A DNA stretch of 63,776 nt, counting the filler. It is 6 parts of 6 records of this genome, joined end to end, with 100 filler letters (N's around TTAATTAATTAA, not from the genome) between each part and the next. Parts side by side here need not be neighbours in the genome. Positions count along the whole stretch, not along the records: positions 41,884 to 50,880 come from SRR20825010_1020; positions 50,981 to 56,600 come from SRR20825010_1030; positions 56,701 to 59,703 come from SRR20825010_1046; 3 more parts are not named here. One strand, given 5' to 3'. The notes under the pieces are model-generated. The model worked only from the letters and a program-made list of their open reading frames with translations. It was not told the origin of the DNA and made no database searches. This document shows positions 50,009-59,803 of the stretch, one piece after another (the stretch's first letter is position 1; each line of letters begins with the position of its first letter). The position numbers and the translations under genes are program-made.

Positions 50009-50788
50009 ATGTTGGGCGCCATCTGGAATGACGACAAGTTGATGAGCATTATTGCCGGGCTGTTTTCAGCGCTGGCTTTGGTGCTGTTGGGCTATGCGTG
50101 CATTCAGTGGCTAATTCAACGCCCGGTGTTCGAGTTAAAGCGTGTGGAGTTGGTGGGCGATGTTGATCGCGTGAATTTGATCGGTTTCAAAGCCAATGTG
50201 TTGCCGAAAATTGAAGGCACGTTTTTCTCGGCGAATTTGCAGCGTGTACGTGAACAGGTGGAGGCGCAACCATGGGTCCGCAAGGCGGTGGTGCAGCGCA
50301 CCTGGCCCAGTGGCTTGAAAATCAATATTCAAGGGCACACACCATTGGCCCTCTGGGGCGAAACACGTTTGGTTAATACCTATGGCGAGGTGTTTTCCGC
50401 CAACCTGGCCGAGGTGGCAGAAGACCAGCAGCTGGCAGTTCTGAGCGGGCCCGCTGGCAGTGAATTGCTGGTGTCGAAAATGTATGTGTCGAGCATCGAG
50501 AAATTGAAAAAACTGGGCATGTGGCCTTCCCGTGTGAGGCTGTCGGATCGTTACGCGTGGTCCATAGAAACTGACACTGGCATCACGATTGAGCTGGGTC
50601 GGGAACAAGGGAATTTCAGCATTGAACAAAAGATGGATCGACTGCTGGCGGTTTATCCAAAAATAACAAGCCAGGTGATGGCAGCAGTTCAGCGAATTGA
50701 TCTGCGCTATCCGCGGGGTGTGGCAGTAAAGGGCGAGCGTTTGGCGGTGTCGAAACCTGCCAGCGCTTCAAGCGTGAAATTGAACTGA
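50009..50788 (+). CDS. ftsQ: Cell division protein FtsQ
   Basis: Single TM helix, POTRA PWVRKAVVQRTWP, IDLRYPRG; lies between ddl and ftsA. Confidence 0.95.
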   Translation: MLGAIWNDDKLMSIIAGLFSALALVLLGYACIQWLIQRPVFELKRVELVGDVDRVNLIGFKANVLPKIEGTFFSANLQRVREQVEAQPWVRKAVVQRTWPSGLKINIQGHTPLALWGETRLVNTYGEVFSANLAEVAEDQQLAVLSGPAGSELLVSKMYVSSIEKLKKLGMWPSRVRLSDRYAWSIETDTGITIELGREQGNFSIEQKMDRLLAVYPKITSQVMAAVQRIDLRYPRGVAVKGERLAVSKPASASSVKLN

Positions 50789-50813
50789 ATTTGAAATATT
50801 GAAACTGGGCACC

Positions 50814-50880
50814 ATGAACAAAGAGCCAAAAGATTTGATTGTTGGGCTGGACATCGGCACTGCCAAGGTGGTGGCCATGG
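50814..50880 (+). CDS. ftsA: Cell division protein FtsA, N-terminal fragment
   Basis: Manual translation MNKEPKDLIVGLDIGTAKVVAM; directly after ftsQ. Confidence 0.93.
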
Positions 50881-50980
50881 NNNNNNNNNNNNNNNNNNNN
50901 NNNNNNNNNNNNNNNNNNNNNNNNTTAATTAATTAANNNNNNNNNNNNNNNNNNNNNNNNNNNNNNNNNNNNNNNNNNNN
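50881..50980. other. Artificial contig spacer
   Basis: 44 N + TTAATTAATTAA + 44 N. Confidence 0.99.
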
Positions 50981-51005
50981 CCTTGACCTGCAACAGGGCG
51001 CTCAT
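50981..51005 (-). CDS. Probable start of a second ABC ATP-binding subunit (fragment)
   Basis: ATG overlapping the upstream stop (ATGA); translates MSALLQVK, a typical OppF/DppF N-terminus. Only 8 codons are visible. Confidence 0.5.
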
Positions 51006-52027
51006 GCCGGCACCATCGCCCGCTTGGCATCGGGAAGCAGCGCCGTCTCCATCGGCTTCTCATCCCTGCATTTGACGCAAGCGGCAAAATGACTTTGCGA
51101 TTCGCCATAGGGCAGGAATGCCGGCATCCTGGCATCGCAGATCTTGCTGGCGATCGCGCAGCGTGGCGCAAAGCTGCAGCCGGGCGGCAGTCGGTCGGGC
51201 GCCGGAACGGTTCCGGGAATGGATTCGAGACGCCGGCGCGGACCGTCGATGTCCGGAAGCGCCGCTATCAGGCCCTTGGTGTAGGGATGCGCCGGGCTTT
51301 CAAACAGCGAGCCGGTATCGGCTTCCTCGATCACCCGCCCGCCATACATCACCGCAACCCGGTCGCTCATATCGGCGACGACGCCCAAATCATGGGAAAT
51401 CAGCACCAGCGCCATGCCGGTATCGCGGCGCAATTCCGTCAGCAGATCGAGGATCTGCGCCTGGATGGTGGCATCAAGCGCCGTAGTCGGCTCGTCGGCG
51501 ATCAGCAGGTCGGGCTCGCCGGCGAGCGCCATGGCAATCATGATGCGCTGGTTCATGCCGCCGGACATCTCGTGCGGATATTCCCGCAGTCGGCGCGTGG
51601 CATTGGCAATGCCGACCCGGTCGAGAAGACGCGCTGCCTCTGCCGTTGCAGATGCGCCTGTCATGCCCCGGTGCAGCTTCAGCGCCTCGACAATCTGCCG
51701 GCCGATGCGGTGGACAGGGTTGAGGGAACTCGAGGGATCCTGGAAAATCATGGCGATGCGTCCGCCACGTAGGCCTGCAAGATCATTTTCCGGGGCGCCC
51801 GCAATTTCCAGCCCATTGAGCCGGACGGAGCCGGAAATGCGCGCCCTGCTGCCGAGCAGCCCCAGGGCCGCCAGCCAGGTGATCGACTTGCCGCAACCGG
51901 ATTCGCCGACAACACCCAGAACCTCGCCCCTGGCAACATTCAGGCTAACGCCGTGAAGCGCCCTGACAAAGCGCTTTCCCTGGTCGAAATCGATCGCCAG
52001 ATCCTTGATTGACAGAAGCGTTTCCAT
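51002..52027 (-). CDS. Peptide/opine/nickel-family ABC transporter ATP-binding subunit (DppD/OppD-like)
   Basis: Walker A GESGCGKS, MIFQDP, MSGGMNQR, DEPTTALD, HPYTKGL, C-terminal Cys cluster. Confidence 0.95.
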   Translation of the reverse strand: METLLSIKDLAIDFDQGKRFVRALHGVSLNVARGEVLGVVGESGCGKSITWLAALGLLGSRARISGSVRLNGLEIAGAPENDLAGLRGGRIAMIFQDPSSSLNPVHRIGRQIVEALKLHRGMTGASATAEAARLLDRVGIANATRRLREYPHEMSGGMNQRIMIAMALAGEPDLLIADEPTTALDATIQAQILDLLTELRRDTGMALVLISHDLGVVADMSDRVAVMYGGRVIEEADTGSLFESPAHPYTKGLIAALPDIDGPRRRLESIPGTVPAPDRLPPGCSFAPRCAIASKICDARMPAFLPYGESQSHFAACVKCRDEKPMETALLPDAKRAMVPA

Positions 52028-52049
52028 TGGCTGGTTCTCCGTTGCAACG

Positions 52050-52083
52050 AAAAAGGCCGGGGCGCGCAATCCGCGCCCCGGCC
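52050..52083 (-). terminator. Intra-operon hairpin with U-tract after the binding-protein gene
   Basis: 12-bp GC stem GGCCGGGGCGCG/CGCGCCCCGGCC with 5-nt loop, followed by TTTTT on the minus strand. Confidence 0.7.
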
Positions 52084-52090
52084 CCTGGTC

Positions 52091-53758
52091 TTAGTTGCCC
52101 GGTGCAACAACCTTGAAGTTGTCAGCCCGGAAGTCCATCGACTGCAGACCGGACCAGTTCCACGCAATGTCCTTGCGCTTGCCGAAGAAGACCGCGCTCT
52201 GGTGCATGACCGTGTAGGCGGGATCCTCGCGCTCGGCGATCTCGAGCATCCGGCGGAACGCGGCGCGGCGCTCATCGAGATCGGTCGAGGTTTCCAGCTT
52301 GATGCAAAGCGCGTTGAACTCTTCATTGGTCCATTCGCCGACCTGCTGCTGCTGGCCGTTCTGGCAATGCTGGTTGACGATGGAGGAAACCGGATCCGGA
52401 TACGGGGCCGAGTTCGACCAGTCGCGAACCATGCGCGGGCCGCTTTCCTTGTCGAAGATCTGCTGCCAGTTTTCCTTCATCTCGATCTTCACGTTGAGAC
52501 CGATCTGGCGGAAGGATTCGGCATTGATCTGCGCGGTCGAAACCTGGTTGGTGTAATAATTGTTGAGAACCCGGAAGGTGATTTCCTCGCCGTTGTATCC
52601 CGATTCCTGGACCAGCTTCCTGGCCAGCTCCATGTCATATTCCGGCACGGTCCAGTCGGAGAGGAACATGTCGCCGTAGTAGGACCACTGCAAACCGGCA
52701 GGGACCGATGTGCGACCGTCCCAGAGGGTCTCGACGATGGTCTCGCGGTCGATCGCATGGGTCATCGCCTGGCGGATCTTGACGTTCTGCATCGGGCCGT
52801 TGTTCTTGTCGAACACCATCAGCCGGTGGTTGGTGATCGGGCCGCCGACGACTTCAAAGCCGGTATTGGATTCGACCGTCTTGATCTGATCCGGCGGCAG
52901 ATCGGTGATGAAATCATATTCGCCGGACAGAAGGCCGTTGACGCGGCTCGCGACTTCCGGAACCACGGCAAAGCGCAGCGTCTTGATCGGCGGCTTGCCA
53001 CCCCAGTAATCGTCATGGGCTTCGAGCACGAGAATGTTGTCGGGCTTGAATTCAGCAACCTTGTAGGGCCCGGTTCCAACCGGTTTCTGGGCGAAGGCTA
53101 GCCAGGACTCGGCTTCTTCATAGGCGCGCTTGGACAGGATCTCCGCGCCGTAGCGGGAAATGCGGCCTTCGAGCGTCGGATCGGCGACCGTCGAGACAAA
53201 GCGGACGGTCATGTCGTCGACCTTCTCGACACGGTCGAGATTGGGCCAGGCGCGCTTGGCAACGGCAGCGACTTCGGCAGGCGGAACCTTGCCGCCGGCG
53301 GACACGCTGGCGCTCGAGGTGAACAGCGTCTTGCCGTCCTTGCGCGCACTGTCCTGCTCGTCGAGAAGACCGAAGCGCTCCTTGGAGAAGGTGAAGACGA
53401 CATCGTCGGCCGTCATCACGTCGCCATTGTGGAACTTGACGCCGGGACGCAGCTTGAGCTCGACGGTCTTGTCATCGATGCGCTTCCACTCGGTGGCAAG
53501 GCCCGGTTTCTGCGGCAGGTCGGCGTTCTGGCGGTCGTAATCGATCAGGGTTTCGAAAATCGAATAGAACACCCGGGCGCCCACGTTGGACTGCTCGCGC
53601 AACACATCGAGTGCGCCGGCATTGACGATCTGCTGGACTGCAACCGTGATCTCGGGACGATCCTCGGCGAGAGCCTGCCCAGGCATCGTGAGCATCGTCG
53701 TTGCAAGGAGATATGCACCAATCATCATGGCGCCTTTAAGCTTGCGGCTGTGGGTCAT
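52091..53758 (-). CDS. Family-5 ABC substrate-binding protein, AccA (agrocinopine-binding)-like
   Basis: Signal peptide; LRPGVKFHNG and PVGTGPY family-5 motifs; SNVG, NYY, WSN, EFNALC and MDFR segments recall Agrobacterium AccA (from memory, not aligned). Confidence 0.85.
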   Translation of the reverse strand: MTHSRKLKGAMMIGAYLLATTMLTMPGQALAEDRPEITVAVQQIVNAGALDVLREQSNVGARVFYSIFETLIDYDRQNADLPQKPGLATEWKRIDDKTVELKLRPGVKFHNGDVMTADDVVFTFSKERFGLLDEQDSARKDGKTLFTSSASVSAGGKVPPAEVAAVAKRAWPNLDRVEKVDDMTVRFVSTVADPTLEGRISRYGAEILSKRAYEEAESWLAFAQKPVGTGPYKVAEFKPDNILVLEAHDDYWGGKPPIKTLRFAVVPEVASRVNGLLSGEYDFITDLPPDQIKTVESNTGFEVVGGPITNHRLMVFDKNNGPMQNVKIRQAMTHAIDRETIVETLWDGRTSVPAGLQWSYYGDMFLSDWTVPEYDMELARKLVQESGYNGEEITFRVLNNYYTNQVSTAQINAESFRQIGLNVKIEMKENWQQIFDKESGPRMVRDWSNSAPYPDPVSSIVNQHCQNGQQQQVGEWTNEEFNALCIKLETSTDLDERRAAFRRMLEIAEREDPAYTVMHQSAVFFGKRKDIAWNWSGLQSMDFRADNFKVVAPGN

Positions 53759-53937
53759 GTTCCGTTCCTCAACTTCGCATTTGTGCGTGATTGTAAATCT
53801 CATGATCTCGCCCGGGGTCCCTCGTGCAGGCCCAAAGACACGGCCACTGGTAATGAGGGGATGTGACGGTCAGGATTCGTCTTGATCAATTTTTGATGAC
53901 AATCCACAGGCGCTTGGCCAGGCAGTGAACCCTGTTC

Positions 53938-55407
53938 TCAGATGCGGCCGCCGAAGAACGGTATGCGCTGCCGTCCGTCATCGGCAGCAAGCACGAGATA
54001 CTGCCTGAAATCGCCGGCTCCGGCCTCAAGGCGAACCTGCCGCGGCTCCGGCGCCTGCTTTCCAAGCACATGATCAAGCGGCAGGCCTGTCATCGTATCG
54101 GGCCGGTCGATCCCGAGAACAGCCAGAACGGTCGGGACGATATCGGTCAGGTTGGCGTGGTCGTTGACGCAGGCCGCCGGCATGTTCGCACCGCCGAATG
54201 CAAGCAGCGTGTTCATCTCGAAGAGATTGAGGCCGCCATGCATGCCACCCCCGACTGGCACATTGACGCCGGTCGTATAGACGCCGGCGCCGGCCAACCC
54301 GTGTTGATCGGCCTCGGCGGACGAGCGCCCGACCCAGTAGAGATCCGGCGAGCGCGGATGGTCAGCACCAACCAGGGCGCGATCGAACGCACCGCTGATG
54401 ACCGGCTCTCCCGTCTCGCCGGTGCCGCTGAACAACATCCCGGTTTCGGGCATCTCCATCAGCGCGGCACCGAGAGCCTGAAGCCGCGACAGATCCCTAT
54501 CGACCAGCGTCAGTCCCGCAGCCGATCCCGGCGTCACCAGCACCTCGATGCCCGGTTCGGCCCGATATCCGGCGGCAAAGCCGCTTTCCCTGAGCGCACC
54601 GACAAGATCGAAAGCCGACGTCGTCGAGATCTGACCATGGTCACTCATGACGATCAGCAACGTCTCATCCGCCTGGTCCGAAGCGCGAACGGCGTCGACG
54701 ATCCTGCCGAAGCAGGCGTCGACATGCGCCGTGGCCGTGGCGGAGTCCCGGGACCCGATCTCGTGGAAGTGATAGGAGGTGTCGGGCTCCGAATACCAGA
54801 TGATGGCGACATCCGGCTGCACCTCGGGCAACACCAGTTCCGTCAGCACCCGCGTGGCGTAGGACGCCTCGTCGAGCTTTGGTGTCTTTCCACCGGGAAG
54901 CGGGCCAAAGCGTTCGACCGACTGGTCAACGGCTTCCGGCGTATCGGTGTGATCCCGGCCGTGGATCGAAAACGTCCAGTGACCATGCTCCCTGGCCCGG
55001 TGATTGAGCAACCATGCCGACCCGGCCGAACCCGAATGCACGACCGCCAACCGCTTTCCGGTGGCGGCCAGCGCGCAGCCGAGCCCCTTGGCCTCGACAA
55101 ATTCGCCGTCATGCCAGGCATTGGCGGCCCTTATGTGCGCAGCGCGTGAGGTGTCGAGCGGCTCTCCGCCGCTGATTGCCGGATGAAAGAAGGCGTTGTT
55201 GACCACGCCATGCCGCGCCGGATGCGATCCGGTCGCGAAACTGGTTGTGGCAACGCGGGTCATGGAGGGAAACACCGAACGGGCCTCCCGGTACCAGAGC
55301 CCGTCAGTCACGAAACGATGCAGGTTGGGTGTCAACTCTTCCGAAATGCGGTCGGGCCGAAGCCCGTCAAACACGGCAATCACCACGCGCGCGACTTTGG
55401 TTGGCAC
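53938..55407 (-). CDS. Alkaline-phosphatase-superfamily hydrolase (nucleotide pyrophosphatase/phosphodiesterase type)
   Basis: VFDGLRPD, FPSMTRV (Thr nucleophile), EPDTSYH, MSDHGQ, GGMHGG metal ligands; SD AGGAG before GTG 55407; no evident signal peptide. Confidence 0.9.
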   Translation of the reverse strand: MPTKVARVVIAVFDGLRPDRISEELTPNLHRFVTDGLWYREARSVFPSMTRVATTSFATGSHPARHGVVNNAFFHPAISGGEPLDTSRAAHIRAANAWHDGEFVEAKGLGCALAATGKRLAVVHSGSAGSAWLLNHRAREHGHWTFSIHGRDHTDTPEAVDQSVERFGPLPGGKTPKLDEASYATRVLTELVLPEVQPDVAIIWYSEPDTSYHFHEIGSRDSATATAHVDACFGRIVDAVRASDQADETLLIVMSDHGQISTTSAFDLVGALRESGFAAGYRAEPGIEVLVTPGSAAGLTLVDRDLSRLQALGAALMEMPETGMLFSGTGETGEPVISGAFDRALVGADHPRSPDLYWVGRSSAEADQHGLAGAGVYTTGVNVPVGGGMHGGLNLFEMNTLLAFGGANMPAACVNDHANLTDIVPTVLAVLGIDRPDTMTGLPLDHVLGKQAPEPRQVRLEAGAGDFRQYLVLAADDGRQRIPFFGGRI

Positions 55408-55500
55408 AGCCTTCGTCTCCTGATTTTCCCCTCTCGCAACCATGCGCCCGCAATGCGACAGCCATACTACATGCGGGCGATGAATCTCATTGACCGTCAA

Positions 55501-55557
55501 CCTTCATCGATCCGTCACGGCTCTGATATCCGCCTGTCGCATGACCGGCGGTATAGC
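55501..55557 (+). promoter_or_regulatory. Candidate PhoB-dependent promoter (tandem Pho-box half-sites)
   Basis: Four 11-nt-phased units CCTTCAT, CCGTCAC, CTGATAT and CTGTCGC (each 5/7 to CTGTCAT) at 55501, 55512, 55523 and 55534, then -10-like TATAGC at 55552-55557. Confidence 0.55.
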
Positions 55558-55611
55558 GGATCATGCAGGCGGGGCCCGATCGACCTCGCCCAATCAGGAG
55601 AAGGTCCGGCC

Positions 55612-56430
55612 ATGAGTGATTTGCCAGTAATCGGCGCGGCGATGACGATCGCCACTTACGAAACCCATTATGATTTCATGCGCGAATTGCCGCGCGATAT
55701 CGAAATTCAGGACTTTTTCGACGCCAGCCTGCTCAATAGCGATTGGGCTTCCGTGGCAGCGCACGCTCGCAAACTGCTCGACGGCCACCAGGGCCGCATC
55801 GGCATTCACGGCCCGTTCTGGGGTTTCAACATCGCGTCGCAGGATCCCGATGTGCGCGCCATCGTCCGCAAGCGCTTTCACCAGGGTCTGGATGTCTGCG
55901 AGGCGATCGGCGCCAATCAGATGGTCATCCATTCGCCGTTCTCGACCTGGGATTACAACAATCTCGACAATCTGCCGAATGCCCGCGCCTCGGTCGTGGA
56001 GCGCACCCATGACGCCATCGGCGAGATCGTCAAGCGCGCGGAAGACATGGGCTGCGTTCTGGTGGTCGAAAACATCGAGGACGTCGATCCGCATGCCCGG
56101 GTGGAGCTGGTCAAGAGCTTCCAGTCCGAGGCCATCGCCGTGTCGATCGATACCGGTCATGCCTGCTATGCTCATGGATCCACCGGCGCGCCGCCAATCG
56201 ACTATTATGTCGGCGCCGCAGGCAACCTGCTGCAGCACGTCCACTTGCAGGACGCAGACGGTTACGCCGACCGCCACTGGAGCCTTGGCGAGGGCATCAT
56301 CCGCTGGCACCCGATTTTTACCGCACTCGGCGCGCTGACATCCAATCCGCGTCTGATCGTCGAGATCCGCGACAAGACCAAGATCCCGGCTTCCGTGGCC
56401 TATCTGCAATCCCTGGGGCTTGGACAGTAA
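55612..56430 (+). CDS. Sugar-phosphate isomerase/epimerase family protein (xylose-isomerase-like TIM barrel)
   Basis: GIHGPF, MVIHSP, VVENIED, IDTGHA, HVHLQDADGYADRHW; SD AGGAG before ATG 55612. Confidence 0.88.
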   Translation: MSDLPVIGAAMTIATYETHYDFMRELPRDIEIQDFFDASLLNSDWASVAAHARKLLDGHQGRIGIHGPFWGFNIASQDPDVRAIVRKRFHQGLDVCEAIGANQMVIHSPFSTWDYNNLDNLPNARASVVERTHDAIGEIVKRAEDMGCVLVVENIEDVDPHARVELVKSFQSEAIAVSIDTGHACYAHGSTGAPPIDYYVGAAGNLLQHVHLQDADGYADRHWSLGEGIIRWHPIFTALGALTSNPRLIVEIRDKTKIPASVAYLQSLGLGQ

Positions 56431-56449
56431 GCTTCGATCATGAATGCGT

Positions 56450-56488
56450 CAGCAGGAGCGGGGAAACCTGAAATTCCGGCTCCTGCTG
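56450..56488. terminator. Stem-loop between convergent genes
   Basis: CAGCAGGAGC...GCTCCTGCTG 10-bp stem. Confidence 0.55.
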
Positions 56489-56527
56489 GCCTTAATTCGA
56501 CAAGACCGGACCGGCTGCCCCGCCGCG

Positions 56528-56600
56528 TCAGCCCTTGTGTCCACCCGACCTCAGCATCTCCTGCATCTGTTCCCGCATGATGAATTTCTGCGGCTTGCCG
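56528..56600 (-). CDS. C-terminal fragment of an AMP-binding acyl-CoA synthetase
   Basis: Manual translation GKPQKFIMREQMQEMLRSGGHKG*; GKxQKF is the A10 lysine motif of ANL enzymes. Confidence 0.7.
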
Positions 56601-56700
56601 NNNNNNNNNNNNNNNNNNNNNNNNNNNNNNNNNNNNNNNNNNNNTTAATTAATTAANNNNNNNNNNNNNNNNNNNNNNNNNNNNNNNNNNNNNNNNNNNN
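56601..56700. other. Artificial contig spacer
   Basis: 44 N + TTAATTAATTAA + 44 N. Confidence 0.99.
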
Positions 56701-57349
56701 CAATCACTTTTGCTGCTTCAGCTACCTTGATGCTGGCAGCCCGATAAACTCCGGCCGTAATAATCTGTTCGTAGGTTTGGGCCACTTTTTCCAGGGTTTC
56801 GGGGGTGTCACCAGAGACTACTTTGACGATGGTCTCCAGCCGATGAACTTTGTCACCGGGGTTGATGCGTTCCGGAGAGTAGCCAATAAAAAAGCCATTT
56901 TGTCCGTCCTCACTGACTGCGCCGGGCTTGCCAAGCCAGGGCATCCCGGATACCGACTCCAATATGGGTGCGCAGGTTTCTTCAGTACAGCCCGGATATA
57001 CGGTTGATTCATACACGACAGTGGTGCCTGGACTGAGGTGCGCTGCAATGGTTCTGGATGCCCCGTGAACAGCCCTCAGGTCAGGTTTGTGAGCCTGATC
57101 AATGGGGGTGGGGACGGCGATAATGATAACGTTGGCTTCCGCTAATTTGGCGGGATCATCAGTGAGTTCAAGGTGGGAGGCTGCGGCCAGGTCTTCTGGT
57201 GCTACTTCTCCACTGGGGTCTTTCCCCGAAAGATAGGCGGCCAGCTTTTTCTTGTCGAGGTCAAAGCCAATGGTTGGTAGTTTTTTGCCAAATGCGACGG
57301 CCAGAGGCAGACCTACGTACCCTAATCCAACAACTGCTACTTTCTTCAC
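56701..57349 (-). CDS. tviB: UDP-N-acetylhexosamine 6-dehydrogenase (TviB/WbpO type), 3' truncated
   Basis: VVGLGYVGLPLA, AVPTP, VYESTVYPGCTEE, YSPERINPGDK, SIKVAEAAKVI; SD GGGAG before GTG 57349. Confidence 0.88.
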
Positions 57350-57390
57350 AATATCTCCCGTGTCCCTATGAGACCGTTGACGAATTATTT

Positions 57391-58419
57391 TTAATCCGCT
57401 GTCTTTTTTAAAAACCAATCCAGCGTAGCCTGTAACCCTTGGTGGACGTTATGGGAGGGCTGGTATCCGAGCAACGAGTTGGCCTTTTCGATGTTTGCCC
57501 GTGAGTGTCGAACATCGCCAGGGCGCAATGCCCGGTGTTTGGCCGTCAAACTGTTGATATTCGGGTAATGACTCCCGAGCAGCATTTTTATCGAATAAAA
57601 AAGCTCGTTCAGGCTGGTTTGATCGCCGCATGCGACATTATATATCTGATTGATGGCGGTCGGATTTTCAGTGGTTGCGGCCAGCAGGTTAGCTTGAACG
57701 GTATTGTCGATAAAACAAAAATCCCGTGATGTTTCCCCGTCACCATTAATAAAGCAGTCTTCTCCGGACAGCAGTTGCCCGAACCACCTGGGTATGACAG
57801 CGGCATATGCGCCGTTTGGATCCTGTCTTGGCCCAAAAACATTAAAATAGCGGAGACCTATGTTTTCCATGCCATAAGTTCGGGCGAAGACGTCCGCATA
57901 CAGTTCGTTCACGTACTTGGTGACGGCGTAGGGTGAAAGTGGGCGCCCAATTTCATCTTCGACTTTGGGAAGTCCCGGATGGTCGCCATAGGTGGAGGAC
58001 GAAGCTGCATACACAAAGCGCTTTACCTTTGTGTCTCTTGCTGCCACCAGCATATTCAGAAAGCCATCAATATTTGAACTGTTGGTTGTGATGGGGTCTT
58101 CAATAGATCTTGGTACGCTTCCCAGAGCTGCCTGATGAAGAACGATATCGACATCCTTGCATGCATTTATACAGTCATTCAAGTTACGGACATCGTACGG
58201 GTAAAAGGTAAATCTGTCCCAGTTTTTGCCGCTTTCGGCTTGCACGTCGTCCAGGTTGGATTGATGTCCGGTTGAGAAATTATCAATGCCGACAACCCGT
58301 TGCTCCAGTTCAAGCAAGGTTTTGAGGAGGCTGGAACCGATAAACCCTGCAACACCAGTAACTAGCCAGGTTTTCGGTTTTGATCTTAGTGATTGCTGTA
58401 GATCGCTGTACGATGTCAC
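57391..58419 (-). CDS. tviC: UDP-GlcNAc 4-epimerase (TviC/WbpP type)
   Basis: [56 protein letters not shown]. Confidence 0.92.
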   Translation of the reverse strand: MTSYSDLQQSLRSKPKTWLVTGVAGFIGSSLLKTLLELEQRVVGIDNFSTGHQSNLDDVQAESGKNWDRFTFYPYDVRNLNDCINACKDVDIVLHQAALGSVPRSIEDPITTNSSNIDGFLNMLVAARDTKVKRFVYAASSSTYGDHPGLPKVEDEIGRPLSPYAVTKYVNELYADVFARTYGMENIGLRYFNVFGPRQDPNGAYAAVIPRWFGQLLSGEDCFINGDGETSRDFCFIDNTVQANLLAATTENPTAINQIYNVACGDQTSLNELFYSIKMLLGSHYPNINSLTAKHRALRPGDVRHSRANIEKANSLLGYQPSHNVHQGLQATLDWFLKKTAD

Positions 58420-58716
58420 CGATATATTCCTTGATTCGTGGGTGGCTAATCCATATGTTGCGATTGTCTCGTCCACCACAAAGCGGTAGATGGAAGGGCA
58501 GTAACTGATAGCAGCCAGCTGGGTTTTTTGGTTGAATCGCCTTCGGGCAAAAACACCGCTTCGATTAACTCAGCTGCATGTCCGACTAAATTTAAGGTGC
58601 TGAGTATAGTGTTAAAGGCAGTTCTGATCCAGAATCCGCTAGTGTGCAAAATCTGTTGTTGAATGGAGACGCTTTATGATCGACGGGATCTTGAAACTAG
58701 ACCTGCAGGTTCTCGC

Positions 58717-59703
58717 ATGAATGTGGGTGTGCCCAGCTATCTGTTCGCATTTTTTGCCTATTTGGTACTGACAATTCTGATCAGCATTTCATGGCGTGGA
58801 CGGCCGCAGGGGGTTCTGATCATTCTCGCCGCCGTCTGTTCGACTGTCTGGGCTGGAGCCATTGCAGCAGGGGAGTTCGGTGCCCGGGTTTCTTTCGAGA
58901 TGATACAGCTGGCCGAGTTGTCGAGAAACCTGTCCTGGTGCCTGTTCCTGCTGGATGTTCTCTGTAAAAAAGATGGTGAAAGTCCCCGCGGAGCCATGAT
59001 ATTTCGAATTGCACTGGGTTGTTCGGCAGTGCTTGTGCTGTTGGGTGTGCTCTTTACTATGCCACTTGCTTCCAAATATCTGCCCGTATCAGAAACACTG
59101 TTTCGTGAAATTGTGTTAGTGCTATGGGTGGTGCTTTCCCTCACGGGTCTGGTTCTGATTGAGCAGATTTTTCGCAACTCTGGTGCCACCCAGCGATGGT
59201 CAACAAAATTCTTGTGCCTTGGTATCGGCAGTTTTTTTGTCTACGACTTTTTTATGTACTCAGATGCACTTCTTTTCAAGCGCATCAGCCTTGATTTATG
59301 GGAAGCCCGCGGCCTCGTGAACGGGATGGCCGCACCGCTTATCGTCATTGCCATTGCCCGAAACCCGAAATTTGAACTGAATATCCACGTGTCTAGGCAT
59401 GTGGTTTTCCACACTGCAACGATCATGGGGGCGGGTGTTTATCTGCTGCTGATGGCCACTGCCGGTTACTTCATCCGTTATTATGGCGGGACCTGGGGTA
59501 GTGTGCTGCAAATCGTATTTTTCTTTGGTGCGGCAGTCCTGCTGGTCACCCTGATGTTTTCCGACAAGATTCGTGCTCAGGTAAGGGTCTTGTTGAGCAA
59601 GCATTTTTTTTCCTACAAGCACGATTATCGGGAAGAATGGCTTAAATTTACCCAGACGCTTTCAGGTAATGAAGACAGTGTGCCGGAGAGGGTGATTCAA
59701 TCC
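58717..59703 (+). CDS. prsK: PEP-CTERM system sensor histidine kinase PrsK, 3' truncated
   Basis: Multi-TM N-terminus, LIEQIFRN, YDFFMYSDALL, VSRHVVFH, SKHFFSYKHDYREEWLKF; adjacent to exopolysaccharide genes. Confidence 0.9.
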
Positions 59704-59803
59704 NNNNNNNNNNNNNNNNNNNNNNNNNNNNNNNNNNNNNNNNNNNNTTAATTAATTAANNNNNNNNNNNNNNNNNNNNNNNNNNNNNNNNNNNNNNNNN
59801 NNN
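59704..59803. other. Artificial contig spacer
   Basis: 44 N + TTAATTAATTAA + 44 N. Confidence 0.99.

Noticed and set aside
41884..50880. dcw cluster as a source of novelty
   Set aside because: Canonical murF-mraY-murD-ftsW-murG-murC-ddl-ftsQ-ftsA order with intact motifs.
53884..53905. TTGTCAT half-site upstream of the binding-protein gene as a second Pho box
   Set aside because: No convincing partner half-site at 11-nt phase.
55183..55611. N-terminal 143-aa extension of the isomerase ORF
   Set aside because: Overlaps the opposite-strand hydrolase and the promoter region; a good SD precedes ATG 55612.
58480..58494. AGCGGTAGATGG as an ops/JUMPStart element
   Set aside because: Imperfect match and oriented away from the polysaccharide genes.
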